64,000 nucleotides of DNA from assembly GCF_018350175.1 (NCBI RefSeq), contig NC_058368.1, positions 17,796,001 to 17,860,000 on the forward strand, given 5' to 3'. Positions 51,166-64,000 of this stretch are shown here, piece after piece. Position numbers and translations under genes: made by a program. Every line of letters starts with the position of its first letter. Position 1 is the stretch's first letter. A model generated the notes under the pieces. That model searched no databases. It was not told where the DNA came from and worked only from the letters and a program-made list of their open reading frames with translations. This DNA comes from Felis catus. Taxonomy: Eukaryota.

Positions 51166-54139
51166 TCTTCCCAATTATTTTCAACATTCATCTCTCATAA
51201 TTTTTGAAGGGTGTCTTCATGCCCACAGGGTGAAGGACTCTTCTTGTCTGTCATGTTCATGCAGCGCTCATTCCTCCCAGTCCCATATTCTTTACATCCC
51301 ATGCCATTAAAGCTTCACAAGCACCGCCATCCTTGAAATTCTTGAAATGGCGCCCTACTGATGTCTTTCCACCAGTCTACATAAGCCCAAATCTTCCTAG
51401 TTATCCCCCACAGTGCAAACTTCTTGATTAGTATTAGCAGATCTGTGCCAGCCTCTGTTTCTGATATACCCTTATTGCCTTTTTCCTACTGCCTCTCTGA
51501 AAGTACTTTATTCTTTAATTCATTACTCTTATCCCCCTTTCATTTTCTCATAATAGACAATGAACCGATCCCTTTATAGCTGTTGTAAAGTAATCATGCA
51601 CTTCTGCCTGGCCTTAATCATTTTGCTCCAAACAGTGAGCTGGGGACCACAGCAGGGACTGGGGCTTAGCTCCTGTGCTCCAGTCACCTGACAGATCATC
51701 TAGTATTGAGTGGTTCCTGAAAAAAAAAAAAAAAAATTCAGGCTGATTTCTCGGACTGAGCCGAGATTCACGGACTATCCTGACATTTCTGTCACCAGCA
51801 TAATGCCTCCATGATGCATCTCTTCATCCTTGACCATGTCCTAAATATCATGTCATGATTTGCTCTCTGAAGTTCATGAGGATTATTCAGAGTCCCCAGG
51901 AAATTATTTGAATATAGCTTCTGGATTGAAAATATCCAACACTATCCTTTTATAACTACTTAGGGCTTCCCTACACATGATAAAAATTCTCAGAGAGAGC
52001 CCAGCCTTAGATGATTTTTCTTCTTATCAAAAACTTAATCTTGATTTCATCAGGGAATTAATGTTAGGACTAGCCTCCTCGTTTCACCATTCCTACAGCT
52101 GGAAATGCCAAAACGTAAGAATACAAGCATTTTGAACCTATAACAGGTTCAGAATTCACCATTCTCTTCAAGTAAACACCTCAGCACGGTTTGCTACCCT
52201 GGAAATGTTGTAACTGAGTTTGTATGTCTCAAGCTGGCAGAATTGCGTAGGGCCTAGAAGGGCACAAACTATCCCAGGAGTCAAATCGTATTCATAAAGC
52301 TTTCAACTGGAAGGTATCAGTCGTCGGAGCATGACATTTGTTAACTCTCTTGCTGGGACAAGCTGTCTTCAAAGTCCTTCAAGTCAGACTCTGCCCTTTA
52401 TTTCCTGACCTCCCAAACGGCTTCTTTCCCTTTTTCTCACACCCTCCACCCTACAACACACACCTTTACATTACCGGCAGCCAAGAAGTCATTTCATATT
52501 GAAAATAGTCCTGAGATTCGCATTCTCGTGGTCATTCAGTTCAGAACTCTGTCCGGGCCTGCTTCATCAGATGCAAACCATCAGCCACCACCTTCTCTCC
52601 CTCTTTCACAGCAACACCGTTCCCGGTCCCCTGGCTCTTTCCTCCTCCAAGGCGTCTAATGCCTTTCTTCACTGCATTTGCCTCATATAAAATGTGGGAC
52701 ATGTCAAGTTCCCAGGATGTTTGTCTCCGTCTGGGAATGATCCCCCAATCCCCCCAACAATGGCCAGGCTTCCTTGCTAGCCTGGAGAGAAAGCAAAATG
52801 GGTAAGTGCTCCGGATGGAAAATAAATCAGGAGACAGTCATCAGAAAAATACATGATAATAAGTTCTGTCTTCGGAAATCCAAATAGGCCGCTGCGGTGA
52901 ACTTGCAGTAGACATGTGTGGTTTTTGATTGACCACGTGAGCTAATCTATCCCTTCACCAAAGGAAAGCAGAATCAAGGAATATTTCCACAAAGTATTTG
53001 CTAAATATCTGACGTGTGGTAGGCTTTAGGGAAACCAAAGACGACAGCACTACAAATTGTCCCTTTCTAGGAGGCTCTTACAACCAGGTGTGGTCCCAGT
53101 CACAAACATTCACAGTCACAACAGGAGGGCATCATGATGACAGTGCTGTGAGAGCACAGATCACCAGCAACCAATTATGCCTTGGGAAGGGGTCAGAGAA
53201 ATCTTGGGGAACTCCTGTAAGAGGGAAGAACTATCTCCAGAACCTCAAGATGGCATTTGGGGTTAAATAATCAAGGTAACCACATCATCTCTCTGCTCAC
53301 TTTGAAAATATATACAATCAAAGTCATAATAGGCGAGCCAAAATGGAAAATTCCTGTGGTACGGTTTTGCTAAATCAAGTGGGCAAGATGAACCCCTCTT
53401 CAATATCTCCCATTTCAAGCAGAATATTTTGTGCTGGGTATGTTCAAAGAAGTGCAAAGGAAAATCATCTCGAATGTTTAATTTGTTAAGAAAGTTCCTA
53501 TCGAATTTAGAGAATGGGGAGCTTCAACTGTATTTTAATATTTAGCAGTTTACCCTCAGTTTATATTCTATTTCTTTTCACCCTGTCAACTTTTTAATCG
53601 CCATTTTTTTTGTCAGTTTTTCTGTAGAAAATTAAACACTGCGTGGCAAGAACTAAATTGAAAAGGAAATTTCTTTTAGTAACAAATGCAGGCTTTAAAG
53701 AGTCTCAATAAATCAAAATGAAAATTTCTTTGGGGATTTAATGAATCGCATTTCAGCAACACACACGTTTCTGATTTACGAAGCAGAGGAATGGACACTT
53801 CCATAAATTTGTATTCCATGACATATGGATAAAAGAACTTATAATAAATAGTAATTAGACAGATCTCTCACACCATGCACAAAAGCCTGATTATTAGCTC
53901 AACAACCTTCTAAACTTAAACATTCGTTTAGAAAAGAATCTGGGTGAAAAAAATACTGATTTCAAAATAAGTTTAATAATTCCTCAGGTTTTAGATAATG
54001 CCTTTCCATTTGTAAAATGTTATTACATAATAATAGTAAAATTCACCAATAATTACATAAAAGAGTAACAACAGTAAAATAGTGAAATTTCAATGAGTGA
54101 TCCAAAACAGAAATCTGAACACCCCTCTCTGATTCAGGC

Positions 54140-54460
54140 CTTCAGACATTTGCTCAGCAAATACTGTGCAACCACAATTAGTAAGGCTCTGTTCTTGACA
54201 CGTGGGCTATGACGTAAATATGAGGATCCTTCTCCTGAAAGACTTGGGAGACAAGCCAGAGGGCCACCAAGGAAATCAACAACCACAGTGCAGGTCTGGT
54301 AAAAGTGGAAGCCGGATGCCAGGGGGGGATCCGATCACAGTGAGGGAGAAAGTTTTCTGGAGGAAATGATGCCTGCGCTAAATTTTGAAAGATCGAACAA
54401 CGAGGAAATGTTGGCCGGGAGGAGGAGAGAAGGCTATCTTAGGCAAAGGAAGCAAGAATT
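54140..54460 (-). mobile_element. L2 fragment
   Basis: cattcagacatttgctcagc-type end; gaaagttttctggaggaaatgatgcctgcgctaaattttgaaagat. Confidence 0.55.
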
Positions 54461-56160
54461 TCTACCACTCCCACTTTCTACCATGCAAACACTGAAATGC
54501 GTTTTCTCCATCCTCCCTGTCATTGCATTATTTCACCCCCTCAACATTTTCTCCTGGAAGACGTTAATAAATGAATTCCCCAAAGGGCTTTAGGTACTGT
54601 GATAAGTTGAGACGTAGTGAAGGGAGAAAAGAGAGGTCACTGTACTATAGGAGACAGCAATGATGTCTTAATGTCCCTTTATCCATACACAGCCCATCCA
54701 GGAAGTCCTGTAAAAATGATGGCTATATGGGTCCCAGTGCCTCCAAGACTCTCGCACACCTCCTTGCCTCCCGGCCGCAGCTCTGAACCCCCATATGTAC
54801 ATTTATCAATAGCACATATTGATCTGCTACCAAGTTGAATTTTGGCTCACTTTATGTTATGTATTGTTACTTATGCAGATACGGCACTCTATGTGTTGTG
54901 CATATTCCTGGGGGGCCACATGGCCAACCTTGTCGAGAAATTAACCAACCGACTATAATTCACTTTTTAGGCATCAGAAGTTATTCTCGTAGCTTCAAGC
55001 TTTAAACTAATGTAAACATGATTATCATTCTCTTCTGTTGGCACCCTAGCAAAATCAAAAGTCATTTTCAATGAAAAAGGGACTTATTCTAAAATTTGAG
55101 CAACTCACCCCCAAATAATTCTATCCTTTCCAGAAAATGGTGTGAACAGGAGACACAGGATGCATTTATTCTCTTTGACCTGGTGTCACCGGAAAGGAAT
55201 AAATACTCCTGACAGGTGAGGTGGTATTCCCAAAACCACAGAACAACTTGGAGACTGAGCCTGGGACTTTTGGCTCTCAATGCATTTTTCTTCCACTTCA
55301 TCTTACTAGCCCTAGACTTTTAGTAGTTTATAAACACATTTGCTCCCTGCGGTTCCATGTAAACTTTCCCAAATATGTACTATTCAGTCATTTACCCAGG
55401 AGAAAGGAATCAGAGAGTAACTAAAATCGTGGATGAGTTTAATCAAATTTAAAATGCTAGTTACTAGCACCCTCACCACTTTCTCTTCCACTCACCTTCC
55501 AAAAGGTCCTTCCCCCAAGATGTGGGTCAAAGAGACGGCTGCCCGCAGCCTGTCATTCCCCTGGTATCTTCACTGGTACCAGACTGGCACTTTAAAGTCT
55601 GATCGGCAACGCACACTTCCGTTTGTTTTATTTCCTGGGGAATATGCCAAGTCTCATCAGCGAGAGCGGGAACATTTCGTTTTCTCTTAACGAACCTTAA
55701 AGATTTCTCCCCTTCTTTATTAACAGTAGTCTGTGCATGGGTACGGCTCTTTCTGAAACTGCAGCTAAAATCCCTGGAAAGCATTAGCTGTCTAGTGATA
55801 ACTCTGCATTATGGGAGTAGTGATTACAGAGTGACAGGGGCGGCTGAAGCAAAGCCAGGATGTGTATCTCCATGTAACAGAGTGCTGTGGGACCCTTACA
55901 CTGTCCGCTACACAGATGTGTGGGCTGGGGGCAGAGCTCGGGGGTGCGCCGTGCGAAATGGAGGGTTTTACTTAACTCTCCTCTCAAACAAGAGTTCTAA
56001 AGATGCCCGGGGTCCCCTCCGTATCCACAGCAGCCAGGACTTGAGGCCACTTCGCCTGCCCCCTTCAAACAGGTGTGCCTTAAGAACCAAAGCTCTTCAG
56101 GGAAATGGGCAACACTTCCAGAATAAGGACAGGAATATACGAGATCCACGCCCCCCCCCC

Positions 56161-56164
<4 letters not shown>

Positions 56165-56221
<57 letters not shown>

Positions 56222-56239
56222 TACACACAGACACACACA
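56165..56239. repeat. Compound (TC)n(AC)n microsatellite preceded by C run
   Basis: Direct read. Confidence 0.95.
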
Positions 56240-57305
56240 TTAAACACAAATACATTTTGTGTTTACCCATCCAACATGCCATGATGAGACATATACTATA
56301 TAAAACTTGTAGGCAATCTCTGAGTTCCTTAGAAATTCTAGAGTGAAGGAAAGAAAGCCAATGACAGTTCAGGTGAAGGATGTGATGCTTCTGTTCCCCA
56401 CAATGCTACTCATGCCTAATTTAATTTCTTCCAATATAAATGTGTCCAATCTCACTTTTTAAAAAAAAATTAGGTTAATCTACAAGATTTGATATAGTGG
56501 AGCTTCTTGAAGTCCTTTTTCAGGCACCTGGACCACAGTCCCTCTCATTTCATTGATACAAGTTCTTCTTGAGTCATTGATGTGAACCTGTCACATACTG
56601 GTATTCAGTATGAAATAACCTTTCAAAGGAGAGTTAAACACAGAACAGAACTGTATTATTTAGAATTTGGGAGAGTCAGATACTATGTCCAGTTACACAG
56701 TAAATGCCACGGATATTATATCAGAACTCGAAATCATTCACAAGTGCTAGTGGTCTGCAAAAAGAATGCTTAGAATGGTTGAACGTATCCAAGTTCAGGC
56801 ATTTACCTGACTCAAGGAAACAGCTCCACATGGGAACTATATTTACATGAGGATGTAAAATAAACATCAACAGGATACTCTTAGCCCATTTGCTTTAGCG
56901 ATACAAATTCTCAGAGACAAGTCTGTAATTAGATGCGTAACTTAGAGCCAGGGCAAAGAGCAGCTTGAAAGTTGACTAAAACCTTCAATGCCCCTTCAGA
57001 ATTTCCTTTGCATTCTTTTCATATGACTAAGGAGCATGCTGAGTCCAATTCATTTCTTTCTCTGCTTCTCTAAAGAAACAGAAATGGGGAGGAAATTAAA
57101 AAAAAAAACTTCCCCAAACTTATGACCATATTACACAAAATTTCCAGTTACACCAAATGTCCTTCGTATGTTGGGACAGAGTTTGAAGAAAGGATAACTA
57201 TGCAACACAAGTCGTGGATTGGAGGGCAATGCTGGATAGGTTATCTTCCTGGATAAAACGGTAATTGTAACACGAGAAGAGTTCTGCCACAAAGCCTCTG
57301 CTTAC

Positions 57306-57363
57306 AGATATTTTATGAGTGTGCCTTTTTACCACCCTGCATGAAACATTCTGTATCTGTGAT
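57306..57363 (-). other. Candidate 58-nt internal exon
   Basis: Minus strand: branch-like tactaaac, T-rich tract, ttttcacag| ... TCT|GTAAGC. Confidence 0.45.
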
Positions 57364-58132
57364 CTGTGAAAATATAACAACAACAAAAAAGGTTTAGTAA
57401 TATCCCTTTAGAAAGGAAAGGAACAAACTGTCTACTCGTTGAATAATACAGCTTTTCTATTTTAGGCGATTGTTTAAAATAATAATGCAAATTATTGTGC
57501 GTGAAGACAATTTCACTTGTCCTTATTTTTCCATTTTCCCTGATCTGGGCCCATAGGCCAACTTGCACCTAAGAAGAAACTTGGACAAGTGGGTGACAAC
57601 TTTTATTTTCATTCGTACTTGATTTTTATCTCATAACTTAAAATGTAATATTATCTTTCTCTCGCTTGTTTAATGTTTAATTTAATTTCCTTTCTAAAAA
57701 AGAAGAAAATAGTATTTCTGTACTCTCTTTCTTACCCTTCTAGAGTCAAATTAAGAGTAGGGTGTGACTTTAATTTGAAGGATACATTAGGTGAATATAA
57801 TGTCACGGTGCACTAATCCTGAGTTGGCAATGAACAAATAAATAAGCACTTAGTAAACCCAGCTTGCCACAAGACCTTGTGCTAAGTATGGGACAAAGGC
57901 AGCCGTCAGATGATGACCCAGCACACGAGGAGCTCGCAGACCAGTGGCAGGAGAGACAGGTGCCACAGTCAGTGAAGTATCTCACACAACATGATGCTAC
58001 AGGAGCGGGTGGAGAGGAGAGACCTTCTCCGCATGAGCACAGGGAGGAGAGACCCTGAGAATCAAGGAAGGAGGGACAAGGATGGACAATAGGGGAACTG
58101 ATTCTTCAAAGAAAGAATCTGTTTTGCAGATT

Positions 58133-58300
58133 GGTGGTTCTTACGTTTGACATTGAACCAGTTAAAAATAGAGTCCCGCTCTGCTCTGCCAGAGACCCCT
58201 CTGCAATGTATCTCAGTTGTGCCCCAGAAATCTGTGTTTTTAATAAGCCTCCCATCTGATCTTGATTCAAGTGGTCCCAGGACCACCCTTGGAGAATCAT
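58133..58300. mobile_element. MER5-like hAT MITE within L2-like sequence
   Basis: gtggttctt...ccagaaatctgtgtttttaataagcctccca..tgat...gaccacccttggagaatca. Confidence 0.65.
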
Positions 58301-59750
58301 AAAGCAGACAGATGGGGAGAGGTAGTGTATGTGTGTGAGGGGAGCAGACCAAGTGGGAGGAACCATCTGTGAGATCCAAGTAGGGCAGTGTGCACGAGCA
58401 TGGAGTGACTGGGAAATAAGAAGGGGAAAGTGGAAACGGAGCAGGTGCCTGATCATGAAAGCCTTGCTCGCCGTGTGTAAGAGCATGAGCTTGATCCTGA
58501 ACTTGATGGAAAATCAATCTCAGTGTTTAAAAAAATGAAAAATAAGATCAGAGGTACTTAGTAGCTTTCATGATAGTAACAATGTTAAGGGTCAGTGCTT
58601 TCAATCTGATTAGTTGATCCATTTTTTAACCAAACCATGAAGAAATGAGAAATCCCTTCTCGGTTGTTGTTTTTAATGCCGACGCTGATCTCAGAAGGCA
58701 ATGGTTTAAAATGCCCACCGAAATCGTGGGAGCACCGCCGTGGTAGCCCATCTCCCGACGGGTGACGCCAGGTGGCCCCTGAATACCACAGACACCATCT
58801 ACAGCCACACACAAGAACAGCACCCATCTTCTCGGTGGCACCATGATGTGTCTCCGTATCTTCCACGTGAGACCACAGCTGGAGGTGTCAGTCAGCATCA
58901 CAGGGAGGCCCCTGCACGAAGCAGCAGCAGCAGTCTACCGTGATCACCGTGATCTCACCCCGTGGTGAAGGTGTAAGTGAAGCAACGCCAGTGACCAGTC
59001 CCGGTAAGAAAGTCAGAGGCTCCATCCCACACCACGTAGGGAGAGCGCAGACAGTGACCCACCGCCAGGAAGGAAGGTCTGAGTCTGCATCACCATCACC
59101 CCTGAGTCGAGCAGCTAGCCCATCAGAAAGAGTCTCACGATGCAAGAAACGAAAAATCATGGAGGGGATGGCATGCACTTACGTCTGTGTCCTGACTACA
59201 TATTACTGCTAACTTTTAACATTTCACGCAAGCAAAAAAAAAAAAAAATGAATTACCTTTTTCCATAAACTGATTATTTACCGTTCCTATCAATGAATGA
59301 TGGCAAAAACATATGATCAATGTTGTATTTAACCTAATGGAGCATTCACCCCTTTTTTTTTTTCAGTCTGTATGAGAACATCTACTTCCATTTAAACATG
59401 CATTCATTCAATTAGAAATCAAAATTTGAATTACAAAATAAAAAATAAACTCTCTTTTAAATTCACTTACATAGTTACTATTTGAATAAAGGCTTGCAAC
59501 TAAAATAAGATACCATGTGCCAAAGAGTTGTTTGGTTCTTGGCGTGACTTCTAAATTCTTACTAAAGATTGAGTAAGAAATTTGGCAAAGTAGCTGAGCC
59601 TAAGGACATTCCGATGAAAGTAAAAATGTTAATAAAAATCAAATTTAGAGCGTAGTGCATTTTTAATGCATTTCCTCAAGCCTCCCATACAATTTACATC
59701 AACTGTGGAATCACCAGGAACAGAAGTCTGGTAAAAAAAAAAAAATTGCA

Positions 59751-59964
59751 GGGGCGCCTGGATGGCTCAGTCGGTTGGGCGTCCGACTTCAGCTCAGGTC
59801 ACGATCTCGCAGTCCATAAGTTCGAGCCCCGTGTCGGGCTCTGGGCTGATGGCTCGGAGCCTGGAGCCTGCTTCCGATTCTGTGTCTCCCTCTCTCTCTG
59901 CCCCTTCCTCGTTCATGCTCTGTCTCTCTCTGTTTCAAAAATAAATAAACGTTAAAAAAAAATT
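59751..59964 (+). mobile_element. Young Can-SINE
   Basis: CpG-rich; TSD aaaaaaaaattgca. Confidence 0.96.
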
Positions 59965-62621
59965 AAAAAAAAATTGCAGGTCTGAAGAATTTGCAAACAA
60001 TATTTGCAAAGCGACATCAGTAATAATATTCAATAATACATGTGCTCAATATTCCTGAACCTGAGAGAAGCCTCTTCCCTCCACGATGATGGTAAACAGA
60101 CTCCTGAGCTTAAAGGTAGTGTCTTAGTTTATGAAATCCACGGTCCTTGAGTCTCATTGAATGCGAGGCCCGTTGCTCCAGTGCAAAAGTGAATACTCTG
60201 TTTTGCCTTTGCAGTTACCTAAACGGAATGTTTGATTAGCTGTTGACAATATTTGTAAAACTCAAACGGATCAAATGCGGGTAAAGAGAGGTGTTCAGCA
60301 GTTGAAAAACTCTATCTCATTTCCCTTTGCTCCCCAGCATGCATACCATGCTTTCAGAACCTGGCCTTCTCACTGTCTGGCCAGTCTAACCACCCGCCAC
60401 TTTCCCCTGACCTCACCCCCCACTGCTGCCCCTACCCAGCCTCTGCTTCTGAGCCAATGATGCCCCTCATGACCAGACTCCCCTTCCCCCCACACTGCTA
60501 TCCCCTGTGACTCCAAAGTCTTTTCCAGCTATTTCATCTTGGGTGGGTTCTCCCCTTTCCCTAAATCACGACTATCTATACAATCAGCACGACATCATTT
60601 ATTTATGTTACTACTTCATGTAGTTCTGCCTTTCTGTGTAGGTTTCATAGGAAGGGACTTCGTCGCAAGTGTTTTTAGATTTCTATTTGAAATCTACCAC
60701 GGGAACTATGGAAAAATACGTTTAGCAGTAGAACTTGATCTACAAACTCTTTGTCCCAAGGAGGATTTGCCACGAGGAACATGACCTTGTTACCGAACTC
60801 CCCAGCCTCAGGATACTGTCCAGAAGGGAAGAACATTCTGTATGTTGTCCAAAGAGCCCTTTCATAGCACATACGAGTTCATTCCTAGATGAGTCATGTT
60901 GTCTTTTGCTTGCTGATGTATCTACTTGCTTGGTTAAATGGAAAGAAAGTGTGACTTTTGAAAGAAAAAAAAAAGATCAATGGTTCTAGTTCTAGCATGT
61001 CTCGTGGTTTATAAGAAGCACCTTAGTAGAGTGTCATGGAGTCAAAAGGTAGCTAATAAAGATGGCCTTACTGAGCATGAATCATCTATATATCAATTTC
61101 CCTAAAAGTCAGCTGTGGATAAACTTAACAAAAAATTGATAAAATATGAAGACACAATCCAATCAATGTCAGTTTAACAGCATCAACCTGGAAACCAATC
61201 TCCAGTTTTGAGAGAAAGTAAACTAAAAAAATATTCCAAAATGAGGACAGTCCTCCCATTTTCAAAATCAAACTAAAGACTGATTAGTGTTTACTGAGCA
61301 CTTACTATATACGCAGCACCATTCTAAGGAGGAAGGGGAGGTTTTCTAAGGGGTTTCTAAGAAGAGAATATCCCCCGCTCAAGGAGTGGGCATGCTCAAC
61401 TCCACAATTAATGGAAGTTATGAGAAGTGGTACCTAAATGGAATTTAGAATATCCACAGAAGGCTTTGTGGAGTCAACTGGATATTTATTGGATTTTCCT
61501 TTAGGTAACCAGAGCTAAACTATAAACATTGTTTTTGTTTTTTTTTTTTTTTTTGAGCCTCTGTGGGGTTCCAGGCACTGTGCTAAAAGCTGGAAATACA
61601 GTAATTAATAAAACAACACTTGAAAGAATGCACAGACCAGACCTTTGAATGCCCAAGCATTACTACATAACTTGCATACTAATAGCACATTAAATGTACT
61701 TTGTGTGAGTATTTGGTCTTTTAAAAAATCTAGCTCAATTACCTGGTTAAAACCTACCTATAGTGATCATGAACAGAGAACAGCAAATCAACACAAATGT
61801 CGTTTTGGAGTGAGACAGAGGAAATAATTCTGAAAACATCTTTTGAGTAATGGGGAAACTAAGCAGAAGCAGACCCGGAAGTACTTTATCTAAATTCATA
61901 GACGAGGTCTCCGATCCCTTCCCCAGAGGAGTTCAGTCGGTCATGATGTAAGGCAGGGACTGTGGAACTTTCCAGAGTTGTGTTGGGGTCACTGCAAAAC
62001 TACTGTGTGATAACAATTTGGAATAGAAAAACAGAGACAAATAAAAGGAAAGGATAGAATAGGGATATGTAACAGAAGTGCCATCAGCAGTAATCAGCAC
62101 TGCGTGTAGGGGGTCAGGAAACATATTTCAAGGGCAGACTGACATTGACAATCTCTTGTCACTGACATGACCTCACTTCAATACACAAGTGCCAGGACAA
62201 GGCAGGCTACTGAAGAGCTAAAACCCCATTAACATGGATCCGAGCATATTTATGTCCCATTTCATACAACAGCCACCTTTTTTTAACTTACGGTATAAAA
62301 TTAGCATTTTCTCATATTATGGGAAACTCGGCAAACAAGTTAATTTGACACACTGGAAAATACAGACAAATAAAAATAAGGGGAAGCATAGAAAACCCTC
62401 ATTAACGTTTTGGCACAGATTCTTCCAATTTAAAGAAGGTCTTGTCTTGAGAAAGAAAAGAGTATTAGGAAAATATAAGGAGAAAAGAATCTGAAATTAG
62501 ACCTAGACTTTGAGATAGGTCATGTTAACCTTTTGGATAGAGGTTTTTAGGTACCTTTAAGTGAAAATACTTACTCCCCAAAACACATGATAGTTACATC
62601 TGAATTCTATACTAACATCTT

Positions 62622-62837
62622 TTTAAAAAATTTGTTTTAATGTTTATTTATTTTAGAGGCAGAGAGACAGAGCACAAGCCGGGAAGGGGCAGAGAGAGGG
62701 GGAGACGCAGATTCTGAAGCAGGCTCCAGGCTCCATGCTGTCAGCACAGGGTGTGATGCGGGCTCGAACCACGAACCATGAGATCGTGACCTGAGCTGAA
62801 GTCAGACACTTAACTGACTGAGCCACCCAGGAGCCCC
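62622..62837 (-). mobile_element. Can-SINE
   Basis: TSD aacatctt. Confidence 0.95.
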
Positions 62838-63379
62838 AACATCTTATACCAGTATACTAATATCTGCATATACCGTTGATGCAGAGTATTTACTTGCTAT
62901 ATTTCTTGTCAGTTGGCCTTGTCATTTTGTCCACTGTTGTCCCAAGAGAAAGGTTCCTTTCTGGTATTGTTAAGAAGGAGGGATGCCATGCCAAACCTCT
63001 TTAGGTGAAGGGCATTTACTTTTACCCCCAAAAGGATATCTTAATTGGTAGCTTGTGAATAGATTAACTTAGAGAAAATGCCACAACAGGAATACCTTCG
63101 TGTGGGCTACTCAAGTCCTTCCTGCTTACAGGGCCCTCTTGGTTTAAAAGGCCACCCTTCTTCACTCAAGAAAAATCCCAGTAGAAAGATTTTTGACTCG
63201 GACACGGAAAGTCAAAGCAGAATCAGGCAACCGTGGTATCATTATATTATGATTATTAGCAAGGAGTACGCTCAACCAGACTACAAGCTTACTTCTCACC
63301 AATATTATTGAAAGAACACATCTAAAATTACACACCTTTAAAATTATTTTGAAAGGTTAAAAAAGGGGTACACATTTTA

Positions 63380-63410
63380 GGGTGCCTGGCTGGCTTAGTC
63401 AAAAGAGCAT
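63380..63410 (+). mobile_element. Can-SINE head stub
   Basis: gggtgcctggctggcttagtcaaaagagcat. Confidence 0.65.
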
Positions 63411-63527
63411 TCTAGTTTAGTTGCACTGTGGTCTGAGAACACATTCTGTATGACTTCTGTTCTAGCAAGTATATTGCAGTGTGTTTATGGCTCAGAACGT
63501 GGTCTTAGTGATCGTTCCAGGTGAGCA
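63411..63527 (-). mobile_element. L1 ORF2 fragment
   Basis: tctagtttagttgcactgtggtctgagaa...tgtatga; parallels the L1 sequence at 16395-16520. Confidence 0.7.
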
Positions 63528-63784
63528 GATGCGGCAAATAATTAATGAGTGTATGGGTCAGTTTTCACTCTCATTTAACTTTACCTATATTTTTAAGTTT
63601 GCCCAACTAACTTATATTAGTTTTATAATAAAAAATGCTTACAAAAATGCCTAATTACACAGGAAAATGATAATTTTATGTTGGCAGTTGGAAAAATCAG
63701 GCAATGGAGAGCTTTCTAAAATATGGTTACAAATAGTATTTCCGTTCATAGTAAAAATGGACTAGAGAAAAATACTTCAAATAT

Positions 63785-64000
63785 TTGTTCAGTAATCATT
63801 CAACCCATATTTATTAAGTACCTATTTCATACCAAACACTATTCTATTCTCTGAGCACAGAGTGGTCTAGCCAGGTACTTTCAGATGCTATGAAGAAAAT
63901 GTAACAGGCATATGTGATGGAAGGTAAGTGGGAGGGATGAGGCTACTTTAGACTGTGCAGTTAGGGTTTCTGCTTTGAGGAAAGGCATACTGGGATGGAA
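63785..64000 (-). mobile_element. L2 3' end
   Basis: cattcaacccatatttattaagtacctat...ccaaacactattct. Confidence 0.65.

Noticed and set aside
52795..52808. Plus-strand TGG|GTAAGT donor after an ATG
   Set aside because: Isolated; no supporting plus-strand exon chain, cannot be distinguished from chance
55795..56346. Longest ORF (183 aa)
   Set aside because: Non-ATG start, runs through a CT/CA microsatellite, no recognisable domain
265..59955. Recurrent ORFs of the MAQSVKRPTSAQV...LEPASDSVSPSLS type, resembling a multicopy gene family
   Set aside because: All are translations of Can-SINE copies
1..64000. CRISPR arrays, operons, functional tRNA/rRNA genes or other prokaryote-type systems
   Set aside because: Sequence is mammalian; short direct repeats are retrotransposon TSDs and tRNA-like segments are SINE heads

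Overview
Mammalian, non-coding, repeat-rich genomic DNA, almost certainly from a felid. It carries about 30 tRNA-derived Can-SINEs of the SINEC_Fc type, many with readable target-site duplications (TSDs). Also present are carnivore-type and older L1 fragments, L2, MIR, a Charlie1-type hAT fossil, an LTR16-like solo LTR, MER5, a MamSINE1-like tRNA-derived relic and several microsatellites. No protein-coding gene could be identified; the long ORFs are repeat-derived or chance. Several well-formed splice signals point the same way (minus strand, at ~57.3, 35.5, 33.3 and 3.2 kb), suggesting the window is the intronic/5'-UTR part of a large minus-strand gene that I cannot name. I found no convincing novel biological system. 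The best observations are local: candidate exons, a 5'-to-3' fused mini-L1, a possibly inverted L1, a templated-repair-like repeat, a pure (GGAA)47 grown from a SINE tail, and a few regulatory motif clusters. Repeat subfamily names are from memory of consensus sequences, and boundaries of old repeats are approximate.
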